DNA of 64,000 nucleotides from Truepera sp. (GTDB lineage Bacteria > Deinococcota > Deinococci > Deinococcales > Trueperaceae): contig CBDCKW010000009.1 in assembly GCA_965218435.1 (NCBI GenBank), positions 1,248,001-1,312,000 of the forward strand, given 5' to 3'. The notes under the pieces were generated by a model. It was not told where the DNA came from, searched no databases, and worked only from the letters and a program-made list of their open reading frames with translations. Position 1 is the stretch's first letter. Each line of letters starts with the position of its first letter. Positions 9,574 through 20,901 of the stretch are shown here, in pieces. Made by a program: the position numbers and the translations under genes.

Positions 9574-9800
9574 GGAACTTGGAATGAACGCATGGTGGTA
9601 GAAACAGCCCTGGCTATGGTGACGACTGTTTATGACCTCAAACGTATCCGGCACCGCTTAGCCGCTCACATCGAGGCGCGTTTGGCCTTTGTGACCGCCA
9701 TGTTCAACGTACTTCTACGTCTTTTTCACAAGCTCCATCCTGAAACTGACCCTTCAGAATGAGCATCGCTGAGTTCTCCTTATGAACTAGCACCATAGGT
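9574..9800 (+). mobile_element. 3-prime remnant of an IS982-like transposase plus right end
   Basis: Translates as GTWNERMVVETALAMVTTVYDLKRIRHRLAAHIEARLAFVTAMFNVLL, then with a frameshift MSIAEFSL-stop (DDE R-x2-VET helix), followed by the end ACTAGCACCATAGGT. Family call is from memory. Confidence 0.65.
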
Positions 9801-9802
9801 TA

Positions 9803-10045
9803 GTCTCGAGTGCTAGTTGGTTATGAGATATCTAGAAGACTCAAAAAATTTACCGATTGCGTCATAGACGTTGTTTCCAGCTCACTCAGAAGGGTTGAGA
9901 AAGTAACCACGAGCGGCAAGCAGCCTTGAAGATTCACCGAAAGTACTTGTTCGGGTAGGTCAGCAGTCATGGTTGAAATACCATTTTGCGTTACAGACGC
10001 ACTTCCTCGGTTGCAACGGGTCGTTTGTCTACTAGCACTCGAGGT
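9803..10045. mobile_element. About 240-bp MITE-like element
   Basis: Perfect 13-bp inverted repeats CTCGAGTGCTAGT (9805-9817) and ACTAGCACTCGAG (10031-10043), sharing the ACTAGCAC core with the adjacent IS end. No TSD seen. Confidence 0.6.
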
Positions 10046-10087
10046 TGTGTAGCAACCGCTCTTAGGCTTTCAGGAAAACGCCGGTGT

Positions 10088-10113
10088 ACTGTGACAATAA
10101 ACTGTCACAATAG
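10088..10113. promoter_or_regulatory. Candidate operator upstream of gyrA
   Basis: TGTGACA-N6-TGTCACA perfect dyad (10090-10109), which is also a 13-bp-period direct repeat. Confidence 0.4.
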
Positions 10114-10294
10114 GATAGAACCAGAAAAGGCCAAACGTCAGGATGTATAAAATTGTGCTTTGGTCTCGTAAAAAAATGTGGCTGGCTGCCGCGTGGCCTA
10201 AGTGCGCCGTTTTTGCAGTCTCACGCCCCGCAAAACGCCTACTAAATGGTAGAATTGTGTGTTTGCAGCGCACATTCGGCGCTCGGAGGTTCCC

Positions 10295-12790
<2,496 letters not shown>

Positions 12791-13104
12791 GCTGCTGAGT
12801 CTTACGCTGCGTTTTACCCTGTCTGCTCACTCTGTCTGTCCGGACGCCGCAAGGTATCCGGGCAGTTTTGTAATTTTTTCGCCTCGAGACTTGCGCCGCG
12901 CCGCTGTGCAGTTTTATACTTCTCAAATACTTTTAGCAGCACTGTAAACCGACATCTGAGTTTTGCCAAAACCGACTCGCTAGCGCCAACGGGTTTTAGG
13001 AATTCATTTTTTTGTTAGAGCGGTGCGCGTAAGCTGCGCACGAAGGGTCAACGCATCGTAGAGCCGCGTATTAGAGCGGTGCGCACAAGGGAGATACGGG
13101 ATAG

Positions 13105-13428
13105 ATGCTTATCGGCGAAGCCACACTCATCTCACCGGCGTTTAGCCCGCGCCTGACGTCGCTCGTCGGTGACCTTCAGCGTGCCGGATGTACGGTGTGG
13201 CTCGAGGGCCTCCGCTTGCGGTTTGACTGTCTCGACGCCAAAACCGACGCGAGCACGTTCAAGGTGCTCTTAAGCCGCTATGAAGATGTCGTCACTTGGT
13301 CGCCGGAGCCGCGTACTGAGTTTTTTTCCGTCTCTCCTGTGTCACCACGTCCGCACACGCCTCTAGGTTGGTCAAAGCTGTTTAAGGCGACCCCTGATAC
13401 CAAACGGCCCTACGGCTTAAAACGCTGA
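13105..13428 (+). CDS. Hypothetical protein
   Basis: ORF fills the gap and has a purine-rich RBS; no recognisable motif. Confidence 0.55.
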   Translation: MLIGEATLISPAFSPRLTSLVGDLQRAGCTVWLEGLRLRFDCLDAKTDASTFKVLLSRYEDVVTWSPEPRTEFFSVSPVSPRPHTPLGWSKLFKATPDTKRPYGLKR

Positions 13429-13439
13429 GCCTTCGCCAC

Positions 13440-14150
13440 CTAGAGATTCCAGCCCCCGGCGACCTCGAGCGTCACCCCCGTCACGTAACTCGCCTCGTTT
13501 GAAATGAGATACAAGACCGCGCTGCTTAGCTCAGAAAAGCGTCCGGGACGGCCTAGCGGCAACGCATCAGCAGGCTGCGCGACACTCTGCTCCATCACAC
13601 CAGGGCTCACGACGTTGACGGTAATCCCTTCCCCCGCATAGGTTTTGGCGAGCGCCTTGCTGTACAAAATCACGCCGGTTTTCGCGGCGCTGTAGGCGAC
13701 GATGCTGGGCCTTGCTTTAAGCAGTTCGGCCCCGGCAAAGCCTAAGTTAATGATGCGTCCCCAGCCCGCTCGTTGCATCAGCGGCAGCGCCGCGCGGCAG
13801 AGATAAAAGGTGCAGTGCAGGTTCGAGTCAAACATCTCTAGCCAGGTTTCGACGCTCAGCTCAGCGAGCGGCCCCTGATGGTAGTTGCCGACGTTGTTGA
13901 CGAGCACGTCTAAACTGCCCATCGTATGGTAGACGTTTTGAACGAGTCCTTCGGCTTCGTCGGCTTTGGTTACGTCGGCTTGAAAGGTGTGAGCTTGAAC
14001 GCCCTCAGCGCGGGCTTTTTGAGCGGTTTGTTCAGCTTCAGCGGCCGAAAAGCGGTAATGCACCGCCACGTCATACCCGGCCCCGGCGAGCGCCAGTACA
14101 AGCGCCCGGCCGACGCCCTTCGCTGAGCCGGTCACCAGGGCTACAGGCAT
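13440..14150 (-). CDS. tmpR: SDR, bifunctional dihydropteridine/dihydrofolate reductase TmpR-like
   Basis: TGSAKGVG, VHYR.S, LVNNVGNY, Y..AKTGVILYSKA, and C-terminus LEVAGGWNL, as I recall for Thermus/Deinococcus TmpR. Confidence 0.8.
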   Translation of the reverse strand: MPVALVTGSAKGVGRALVLALAGAGYDVAVHYRFSAAEAEQTAQKARAEGVQAHTFQADVTKADEAEGLVQNVYHTMGSLDVLVNNVGNYHQGPLAELSVETWLEMFDSNLHCTFYLCRAALPLMQRAGWGRIINLGFAGAELLKARPSIVAYSAAKTGVILYSKALAKTYAGEGITVNVVSPGVMEQSVAQPADALPLGRPGRFSELSSAVLYLISNEASYVTGVTLEVAGGWNL

Positions 14151-14572
14151 GTGAGGTGCATTTCTAAAGAGAGATGCGCCAGGTAGAACGTAAGCAGTAT
14201 CCGCGTCGGCGTGTTGAGGTCATAGCTCAGCGCGGTCTCCGGCGTGACCCAAACGTAGCGTTGCGCCTCGTCGTTGAGGGTAACATCAGAATCTTCGGTA
14301 AGAGCAATAAAGTTGAGCAAGATAAAATGCGCGTCTCGGTAAAACTCCGGGCTCATCACCGCTTCTTGGACCGGTCCCCAATAGCTGCGAACGAGGCTCA
14401 AACCGGTTTCTTCTAAAACTTCACGTGCTAAGGCGGCCTTGATGGTTTCGCCGTACTCCACTTTGCCCCCCGGTACACCCCAGGTATCTCGCCATTTATG
14501 CGTTTGAATCAGCAAAACCTGTCCGTCCGGGTTACGAATCAGTGCGCCGACGGTTGTTAAAGGCCGTTCCAT
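14141..14572 (-). CDS. NUDIX hydrolase
   Basis: Nudix box GGKVEYGETIKAALAREVLEETGL; overlaps the tmpR start. Confidence 0.93.
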   Translation of the reverse strand: MERPLTTVGALIRNPDGQVLLIQTHKWRDTWGVPGGKVEYGETIKAALAREVLEETGLSLVRSYWGPVQEAVMSPEFYRDAHFILLNFIALTEDSDVTLNDEAQRYVWVTPETALSYDLNTPTRILLTFYLAHLSLEMHLTCL

Positions 14573-14677
14573 TGACTCAGCATACGTGCCGGTTGGTCTA
14601 CGTGTCAGCGCAGTTTGCGGTGCAAAGCTGAGACGAACCTACCCGGAGCCCTCGGCAGCGTTTTACGGTAGACTCTG

Positions 14678-15532
14678 ATGTCAAAAGGAGACACGTTGCA
14701 CGCCTATACCGGTTCGTTTCGTATAGCCCAAGGACCGACGCTCTTTACCCGTACCTACTTGCCGGACGGCGCGGCGAGGGCGGCGGTGATCATCGCGCAC
14801 GGCTACGCCGAACATTCGGGGCGTTATGAAGAACTTGCTTATAGGCTCGTTAGAGAAGGTTACGCGGTCTACGCGCTCGACCACCGCGGGCACGGGCGGA
14901 GCGGCGGCAAACGGGCGAGTATCCGAGTATTTCGTGAATATGTAGACGACCTCGTACGGTTTATTGACCGGGTACGTGAGACGCGGCCCCAACCGCCGCG
15001 CTTTTTGTTCGGTCACAGCATGGGCGGCCTGGTTGCGTTGCAGCTTGTTTTGGAGCATCCTGAAAAGGTCGAAGGCTTGGCGGTGTCAGGGGCGCTCTTA
15101 CAGAACGCAGTACCGGTCCCGCGTCTTCTAGAATTTGCTGCAGGTGTCGTCAGCGCCGCCTTACCCGACCTGCCGGTTCAAGAGCTTCACGCCGAAGATG
15201 TCTCGAGAGACCCTGCGGTCGTGCAAGCGTATAGAGACGACCCGCTCATCTATCATGGCAAAGTTCGGGCTCGGCTCGGCTTTGAGATATTGCGCACTGG
15301 GCCGTATGTCATGGGCCGCGCACACAACATCGAGCTGCCGGTTTTGATTCAGCACGGCACCGCCGATAAACTCGCGTCGGTCGCCGGGGTCGAGGCGCTC
15401 TTTGACGCGGTAGGTTCGGCGGACAAGACGCTCGAGCTCTACAGAGGCGCGTACCACGAAATCTTAAATGACCCCGGTAAAGAAGAGGTCATAGACGACC
15501 TCGTAGCCTGGTTGAACGCACGGGCGAGTTAA
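14678..15532 (+). CDS. Lysophospholipase/monoacylglycerol lipase-type alpha/beta hydrolase
   Basis: HGYAEHSGRY, DHRGHG, GHSMGG, HG.AD and YHE motifs. Confidence 0.92.
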   Translation: MSKGDTLHAYTGSFRIAQGPTLFTRTYLPDGAARAAVIIAHGYAEHSGRYEELAYRLVREGYAVYALDHRGHGRSGGKRASIRVFREYVDDLVRFIDRVRETRPQPPRFLFGHSMGGLVALQLVLEHPEKVEGLAVSGALLQNAVPVPRLLEFAAGVVSAALPDLPVQELHAEDVSRDPAVVQAYRDDPLIYHGKVRARLGFEILRTGPYVMGRAHNIELPVLIQHGTADKLASVAGVEALFDAVGSADKTLELYRGAYHEILNDPGKEEVIDDLVAWLNARAS

Positions 15533-15540
15533 GCGACACT

Positions 15541-16386
15541 TTACCGTAGCGCCGCAAAAAACCGCAGCACCGCCGCGCCGGTTTCGTCCGGCCAATTGTG
15601 CGGGTAGTAACGTCCATCAAAGCCGTAATCTTGCGTATGCGGACACCACAGCACCGGATTTTGAATCTTGAGTGCGCCGTAGCGTTCGCAGTTCAGGCTG
15701 CGCGGTTCGCTCGGCGCAGGTGGCCCCGTAAGCTTGTCCTGCGCTAAAAACTGGTCCCTGGCCTCAATTCCCAGCTCGAAGGGAACGAGCCGGTCATGTG
15801 GATTGTGTAACACCATCGCCGCTACTTTGCCCTGACACGTCCCCGCTGCTGGTCCTCCGCCGAGGCTGGCAACCGCCCGCAGTACCCCCGCCCGGTGACA
15901 ACCGAGGGCGTTGACAAACGAGCCGCCGAGCGAGTGACCGACGGCGAACACCTCTGCTGTGTCAATACAGAGCTGCCCGCTTAAGTTCTTTAAGAGCACG
16001 TCGAATAACCTAAAATCGCGGAGCTTGTCCGGCGCGTCACCGGGGTCCCACCAGCCGAAGGTGCCGTCGGCTTGAGTGAGCGCAACCGGGTAGACGAAGA
16101 TCGTTGAACCTATTTCGGGTGCGTGGGGCTCGAGGTCGTAGTACCGCTGCACTTCAGCCGCCGGACTCGTGCGGCCGTGAAAGGCGAAGACCAGCGCGTA
16201 GGGTGTAGCCGCGACGTAGGGTTCGGGGAGGCTCAAGATAAACTGCCGCTGTTGCCCATCAACCGAAATCGTTTGCAAACCTGACTGTAGGGCAGAACTT
16301 GTGACGCAGCCCCCTGAGGGTGCAGCGAACACGCCGTTTACGAGTGTGGCGAGGAGAAAGCTAAAAGCTAAAAAGATTTGTCTCAC
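15541..16386 (-). CDS. Secreted alpha/beta esterase (CE1/feruloyl esterase or PHB-depolymerase-like)
   Basis: Signal peptide, LVFAFHG, LCID, GHSLGG nucleophile and late His (HNWP). Confidence 0.8.
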   Translation of the reverse strand: MRQIFLAFSFLLATLVNGVFAAPSGGCVTSSALQSGLQTISVDGQQRQFILSLPEPYVAATPYALVFAFHGRTSPAAEVQRYYDLEPHAPEIGSTIFVYPVALTQADGTFGWWDPGDAPDKLRDFRLFDVLLKNLSGQLCIDTAEVFAVGHSLGGSFVNALGCHRAGVLRAVASLGGGPAAGTCQGKVAAMVLHNPHDRLVPFELGIEARDQFLAQDKLTGPPAPSEPRSLNCERYGALKIQNPVLWCPHTQDYGFDGRYYPHNWPDETGAAVLRFFAALR

Positions 16387-16467
16387 GTGTTTAGTTTAGC
16401 CGTCTCTATCGCCCCAAAACTTGCGCCCCGAAACTTGGTAAGGTGCCAAAAGTCTTTACAATAAGGT

Positions 16468-16731
16468 ATGGCTAAAACGACCAAACAACGTAAAGCCGAC
16501 GCTAAGGCCGTCGCTGAAGCAAGACGCTTTACCCCCGGTAAGATGTTCCGCCTCGTCCTTAAAAGCTTGGGATTCGCCATCTTGGTTTCGCTGCTCCTTA
16601 TCTTGCTGCAATCGTTTAAGGTCCCGGTATTTCAAACCTGGTGGCTTCAGTTCGGCGTGATGCTCGTCGTTTACATCGCCGCATATCCTTTTTTGATGAG
16701 CGAGTTTCGGCCCAAACGTAGCGGACGCTAG
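16468..16731 (+). CDS. Small two-TM membrane protein
   Basis: Basic N-terminus plus two hydrophobic helices; TACAAT-N5-ATG. Confidence 0.75.
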   Translation: MAKTTKQRKADAKAVAEARRFTPGKMFRLVLKSLGFAILVSLLLILLQSFKVPVFQTWWLQFGVMLVVYIAAYPFLMSEFRPKRSGR

Positions 16732-16762
16732 GCTGAGCTTATGGCGTTGACATGGTACTAGC

Positions 16763-18583
16763 GTGGCACTGACTCGGCGTACGTCCGCCCCCGTTGCGGG
16801 TACAGAGGCTCCTGGTGTGCCGACTCGGAGCCTTTATCAGCAGATTCGGCGGGCGCGGCTCTGGCTACCGGTTGCGATCGTCGGAGTGGTGCTGTTGCAA
16901 CAACTTATCGTTGGGCCGCTCGGCGAGGCGAGCTGGCAGGTCTGGGTCAATGTAGCTTTTTACAGCACGCTAGGGCCTGCGGTGACGTTTTTGACGCTCA
17001 ACTGGATCGCGTCAGAGGTGCGCCGCCGCGAACAAGCGCAGGGGGAGCTGCGCGGGCTTTACGACGCGCTCAGTCACTCGCACGCACTGTTAGGCCAGAT
17101 TCAGCGGGTGACTGAGCAATTTGCGCTCTCGACCGACCTTAATTCGGTGCTTGTCGTCGCCACCGAAGGCTTGACCGAGGTCACCGGGGCCGAAGGTACC
17201 GCGATCTTGTTCGGCGAACGTGGGCTTAAAATCAGCCATACCCACGGCTTAAGTGCTGAGCAAGAGCAAGTTGCCACAGCCCGCCACGAAAAGCTGCGTC
17301 AGGGTCAGCCGCTAAACGAAGGGCTAGCGGAGGGTTGGGCGCTGTCTTTTTCACTTTATTGGGGGGGGAAGCTCGAGGGCAGCGTACATAGCTTTTTCCC
17401 CGCGCCGCCGAGCCCCGAAGCGCGGGAGAGCTTCGCTATCTTAGCCAACGAGTTTTCTGCCGCTGCCGAAGCAAGTCGTAGCCGCACCAAAGACCTGCTG
17501 ACTCTTTTTGAAGCCGACCGCAGCATCCGGGCCGAAGGGAACTTGGGCCGTTTGTTGGAAAAGCTCTTGACGCAGATGATGCAGCGGACCGACGCCCGTG
17601 TCGGCGGCGTCTACCTGGCTGATGAGGACGGCCTGTTGCAACTTCGCGCCGTACGAGGCGTTCGTGAACCTGCGCTCCGCCTCGGTGAAGGGTTTGTCGG
17701 TCAAGCCGCCGCTGAGCCGCAAGTCGTGCATCAGCTGGCCGCCGCCGAGCAGCAGGGGCCGATTCTTAGTGCAGCCCAGAGCGCCGTAACCTTACCGCTC
17801 GTCAGCGAAGAGGGGCTTTTGGGCGTCGTCGTGCTGGGTCACCCCGAAGCCGCGCACTTCAGCGAAACGAACTTGCCGTTTCTCAACCTACTCGCCGGTC
17901 AGGTCAGTTTGGCAGTTCGGAACGCGAGGGCCTATTTGCAATCCGAAGAGTTAGCCATCGCCGAAGAACGTGCCCGGATTGCCCGCGAAATCCACGACGG
18001 CGTGGCGCAGGCCCTCGCCTTCAGCGCCCTTAAACTCGATTTGGTGGCGCGGCTTTTTACCGGCGAAGCGCCGCAACCTGACAAAGCGACCAGCGAGCTG
18101 CGCACCGCGCAAGCAACGATTCGGGAAAGTATCCGCGAGGTGCGGCGTTCGATCTTTGCACTTCGGCCGATTGACCTAGAGCGGCACGGGTTTCTCGAGA
18201 CCATCCGCCGCTACTGCTCTGACTTTGAAGAGCAAAACGACCTCGGCGTGAGCTTGACCGTAGACGGTACGCCGCAACTCAGCGCTAAATCCGAAGCGGT
18301 ACTCTTCCGCATTTTTCAAGAAGCGATGAACAACATCGCCAAGCACGCGCACGCCCGTTACGTGTTTGTGACCGTCGGGCAAACCTGCGACTCATGTGGC
18401 TACGTCGAAGTCCGCGACGACGGTCAGGGTTTTGACCCTGTTACTGTGTCGGACAGAGTGACGAGCGCCGGGGGCTTAGGTCTCAAGCAGATGCGTGAAC
18501 GGGTACAGGCCAGGGGCGGGCAGTTTGAGGCAGTTTCAGAGCCGGGTGGTGGGACGCGGGTTTACGCGTCAGTGCCCGAGTAA
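16763..18583 (+). CDS. Membrane GAF-domain sensor histidine kinase (HisKA_3, NarX-like)
   Basis: Two TMs, GAF region, H-box EERARIAREIHDGVAQ, N-box QEAMNNIAKHA, DDGQGF and GLGL.QMRER. Confidence 0.95.
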   Translation: MALTRRTSAPVAGTEAPGVPTRSLYQQIRRARLWLPVAIVGVVLLQQLIVGPLGEASWQVWVNVAFYSTLGPAVTFLTLNWIASEVRRREQAQGELRGLYDALSHSHALLGQIQRVTEQFALSTDLNSVLVVATEGLTEVTGAEGTAILFGERGLKISHTHGLSAEQEQVATARHEKLRQGQPLNEGLAEGWALSFSLYWGGKLEGSVHSFFPAPPSPEARESFAILANEFSAAAEASRSRTKDLLTLFEADRSIRAEGNLGRLLEKLLTQMMQRTDARVGGVYLADEDGLLQLRAVRGVREPALRLGEGFVGQAAAEPQVVHQLAAAEQQGPILSAAQSAVTLPLVSEEGLLGVVVLGHPEAAHFSETNLPFLNLLAGQVSLAVRNARAYLQSEELAIAEERARIAREIHDGVAQALAFSALKLDLVARLFTGEAPQPDKATSELRTAQATIRESIREVRRSIFALRPIDLERHGFLETIRRYCSDFEEQNDLGVSLTVDGTPQLSAKSEAVLFRIFQEAMNNIAKHAHARYVFVTVGQTCDSCGYVEVRDDGQGFDPVTVSDRVTSAGGLGLKQMRERVQARGGQFEAVSEPGGGTRVYASVPE

Positions 18584-19437
18584 ACCTGCTTAGTCAAAAG
18601 TTTTAGTTTTGTTTCCCACAAACGGCTAAAAGGTGGCAAAAAGATTAAAGCAAGCGCCAAAAGTGTTACAAACGTGGCGGGAAGTTGTGAGTCTTCGGTT
18701 GGTGGCGAAAACAGCTGAACAGGTGCGTTAAAAAGCGCGTGTACACCTACGGCAATAAAAAGATTCTGTGTCTTGACGTAGCATAAAGCAAAAATAATGC
18801 CCGCAACACCTGTGGCCAATAGCCAAAGTGGTAGTTCAGACCAACCGTGGGTTTCTACGATAAGCTGCTTCGGGATATGGATAAGCGCAAAAAATACTTG
18901 CGAAGTTACCAAAGCTGTCAACAACAGATAACGGATTTTACGGTGGGCTAAAAACAAATAGAGTTGCACAAAAATAAATCCGCGAAAGACGATTTCCTCG
19001 TAGAGCGCGTTGCCTAGAATCTGCGAGACAAATGTACCTAGCACGAAAGTCGGGCCTACTTCTTGCCACGCGCTGTTCCACTGCAACGTACCTAAAACGA
19101 CGAGTTGCCAGATAAGTAGTGCCACTTGAGTCAGTGCCCAGAGCAGCACGGTAAAAATAGCGGCTTTGCGGAGGTAAGATGATAAGCCTAGGTCGCGGAG
19201 CTTTAAGTTGCTAGTAAGTAGGATAAAAATGACGACTAAGAAAGCGGTTGCAGCGTTGTAAAGAGTGTAAAAGTTGAGTAGCCCGTAACTTAGCGTTTCC
19301 GTCACAGTAGCTATGTACTGTGTTGACGTTGGCATGTATATCGGCAAAAGATAAAGAGCGAGAATAGGAGAAAATCCTACGAAAAGTCCGACTATAACGA
19401 AGGTAGGCCAGTTCGTTCTTCTAACATTCTGAAACAT
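18562..19437 (-). CDS. CPBP (CAAX/Abi) intramembrane glutamic endopeptidase
   Basis: EEIVFRG, FALIH and H-ALFN motifs in a multi-TM protein; lower GC than its neighbours. Confidence 0.9.
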   Translation of the reverse strand: MFQNVRRTNWPTFVIVGLFVGFSPILALYLLPIYMPTSTQYIATVTETLSYGLLNFYTLYNAATAFLVVIFILLTSNLKLRDLGLSSYLRKAAIFTVLLWALTQVALLIWQLVVLGTLQWNSAWQEVGPTFVLGTFVSQILGNALYEEIVFRGFIFVQLYLFLAHRKIRYLLLTALVTSQVFFALIHIPKQLIVETHGWSELPLWLLATGVAGIIFALCYVKTQNLFIAVGVHALFNAPVQLFSPPTEDSQLPATFVTLLALALIFLPPFSRLWETKLKLLTKQVYSGTDA

Positions 19438-19463
19438 ACGCGCAGCTTAGGCTTTGTGAACAC

Positions 19464-19492
19464 AAAAAGAAAGAGCCCCGAAAGGGACTCTT
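19464..19492 (-). terminator. Rho-independent terminator of rpmE
   Basis: Minus strand reads AAGAGTCCCT-TTCG-GGGCTCTT then TCTTTTT. Confidence 0.8.
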
Positions 19493-19510
19493 AAGCTCGA
19501 TTTATAAGGC

Positions 19511-19729
19511 TTACTTGCGGTTACGCCGGTACGACTCACCAAAACGCTTTTGAAACTTCTCGACGCGCCCTTCGGTGTCAATAAACCGCTGCTGCCCGGT
19601 GTAAAACGGGTGGTTCCCCGACCACACATCAACGCGCAGTTCGGGTTTGGTGCTGTAGGTCTCCATCACCACTTCGCCGTCACAATAAACTTTGGTGGGC
19701 ACCATTTTAGGGTGAATATCTTTTTTCAT
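19511..19729 (-). CDS. rpmE: 50S ribosomal protein L31
   Basis: MKKDIHP...VDVWSGNHPFYTGQQRFIDTEGRVEKF; start at ATG 19729 behind AGGAGA. Confidence 0.97.
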   Translation of the reverse strand: MKKDIHPKMVPTKVYCDGEVVMETYSTKPELRVDVWSGNHPFYTGQQRFIDTEGRVEKFQKRFGESYRRNRK

Positions 19730-20226
19730 CTGAGTCTCCTTGGGCACGGTCTTAGTCGTGCAAACACACCATTCTAGCAGAAACTTTTCGCGGCTGCCCT
19801 ACCATCACGAACAGGGCCGACATAGCTTAACTGGTAGGAAGCCAGGACCGGACGCATCTACGAGACGATAGACCAAAACGTGTATGTCCGGCGCAGCTGG
19901 AAGACTTGGAATCAGCTTTTCGTCAATCTTAATGTCTGGAACCTTAACGTCTGGAAGCGGATTTTGCCGTGCAGCAGTTGAAGCTTTACGGAGCTTTGGG
20001 AGTGTCTCGGCGTCTAAAACCTGCTAAAAGACACTTTGCAGGTCAGAGGCTCGAGGCTAAGGCCAGCCAGTTTTAAAGTTAGAGGTGTGGCACGGCCGGA
20101 ACGGGTAGTTTGTGCAGCATAAGGAGGCTGTATTCGGGACGATAACCTTTGTCACAAGTTCGGTGAGGTTTATCGCTGCAAGGGTCAAAGCACTCGAGGG
20201 TTTGGCTAGAGAGCCTATAGTGCAGT

Positions 20227-20895
20227 ATGGACGATGTTCTGGTTTTCGACGTTAATGAAACTCTGCTGGACTTGGCCGCGCTCGATGGGCATTTTGAGCG
20301 CATCTTTGGTGACGCTGGTATCCGCACCGAATGGTTTGAAACGATGATTCAGTCGGCGATGTTAGGCATTATTACCGACACCTATCATGACTTCGGGGCG
20401 GTGGCGAAGGGGGCGCTGGAGAGTGTTGCAGCTCGTAAAGACATTACGCTTAAAGAGGCGGATACCCAGGCTGTTTTGAAGCAGATTCGCGCTTTACCAC
20501 CTCACCCCGACGTTGCCGAGGCGTTGTCTCTTTTGCAGAACGCGGGCGTCCGGCTGGCGACCTTGACCAATTCAACGCTCGAGGTCGCCCGCGCGCAGTT
20601 AGACTACGCCGAACTTTCCGGTTATTTTGAACATATCCTCTCGGCGGATACCGTAAAACGTTTGAAACCTGCGTTAGAACCGTATCAGCACGCGGCGGCT
20701 GAGTTGGGCGTCCCAACCTCAGGTCTGAGGCTTATCGCCGCGCACGCTTGGGACGTGGCGGGCGCGAAACGCGCCGGTTGCAAAACGGCGTTTGTGGCGC
20801 GGCCCGGTAAGGTGTTAGACCCGTTGGCACTCCAACCGGATATGACAGGCAGAGATTTATTAGGGGTGGCCCAAAAACTGCTTGCTCTCAGCTAA
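20227..20895 (+). CDS. Haloacid dehalogenase type II
   Basis: FDVNETLLD, LTNS, KPA..PY and AAHAWDVAGA motifs. Confidence 0.93.
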   Translation: MDDVLVFDVNETLLDLAALDGHFERIFGDAGIRTEWFETMIQSAMLGIITDTYHDFGAVAKGALESVAARKDITLKEADTQAVLKQIRALPPHPDVAEALSLLQNAGVRLATLTNSTLEVARAQLDYAELSGYFEHILSADTVKRLKPALEPYQHAAAELGVPTSGLRLIAAHAWDVAGAKRAGCKTAFVARPGKVLDPLALQPDMTGRDLLGVAQKLLALS

Positions 20896-20901
20896 GACGG
20901 C

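Noticed and set aside
9821..9837. RDRM-like 17-mer TTATGAGATATCTAGAA upstream of gyrA
   Set aside because: Lacks the conserved C at position 13, lies inside a MITE-like element, and is over 450 nt from the start.
13015..13084. Possible mini CRISPR array
   Set aside because: Only two 14-bp repeats and no cas genes; the 63858 repeats likewise have no spacers.
19816..19893. tRNA-like start GCCGACA-TA-GCTT-AACTGGTAGG-AAGC with a near-complementary TGTCCGGC about 70 nt later
   Set aside because: No anticodon stem and no T-arm (GTTCRA), and the acceptor pairing needs a bulge. Not called as a tRNA; tRNAscan-SE or ARAGORN would settle it.
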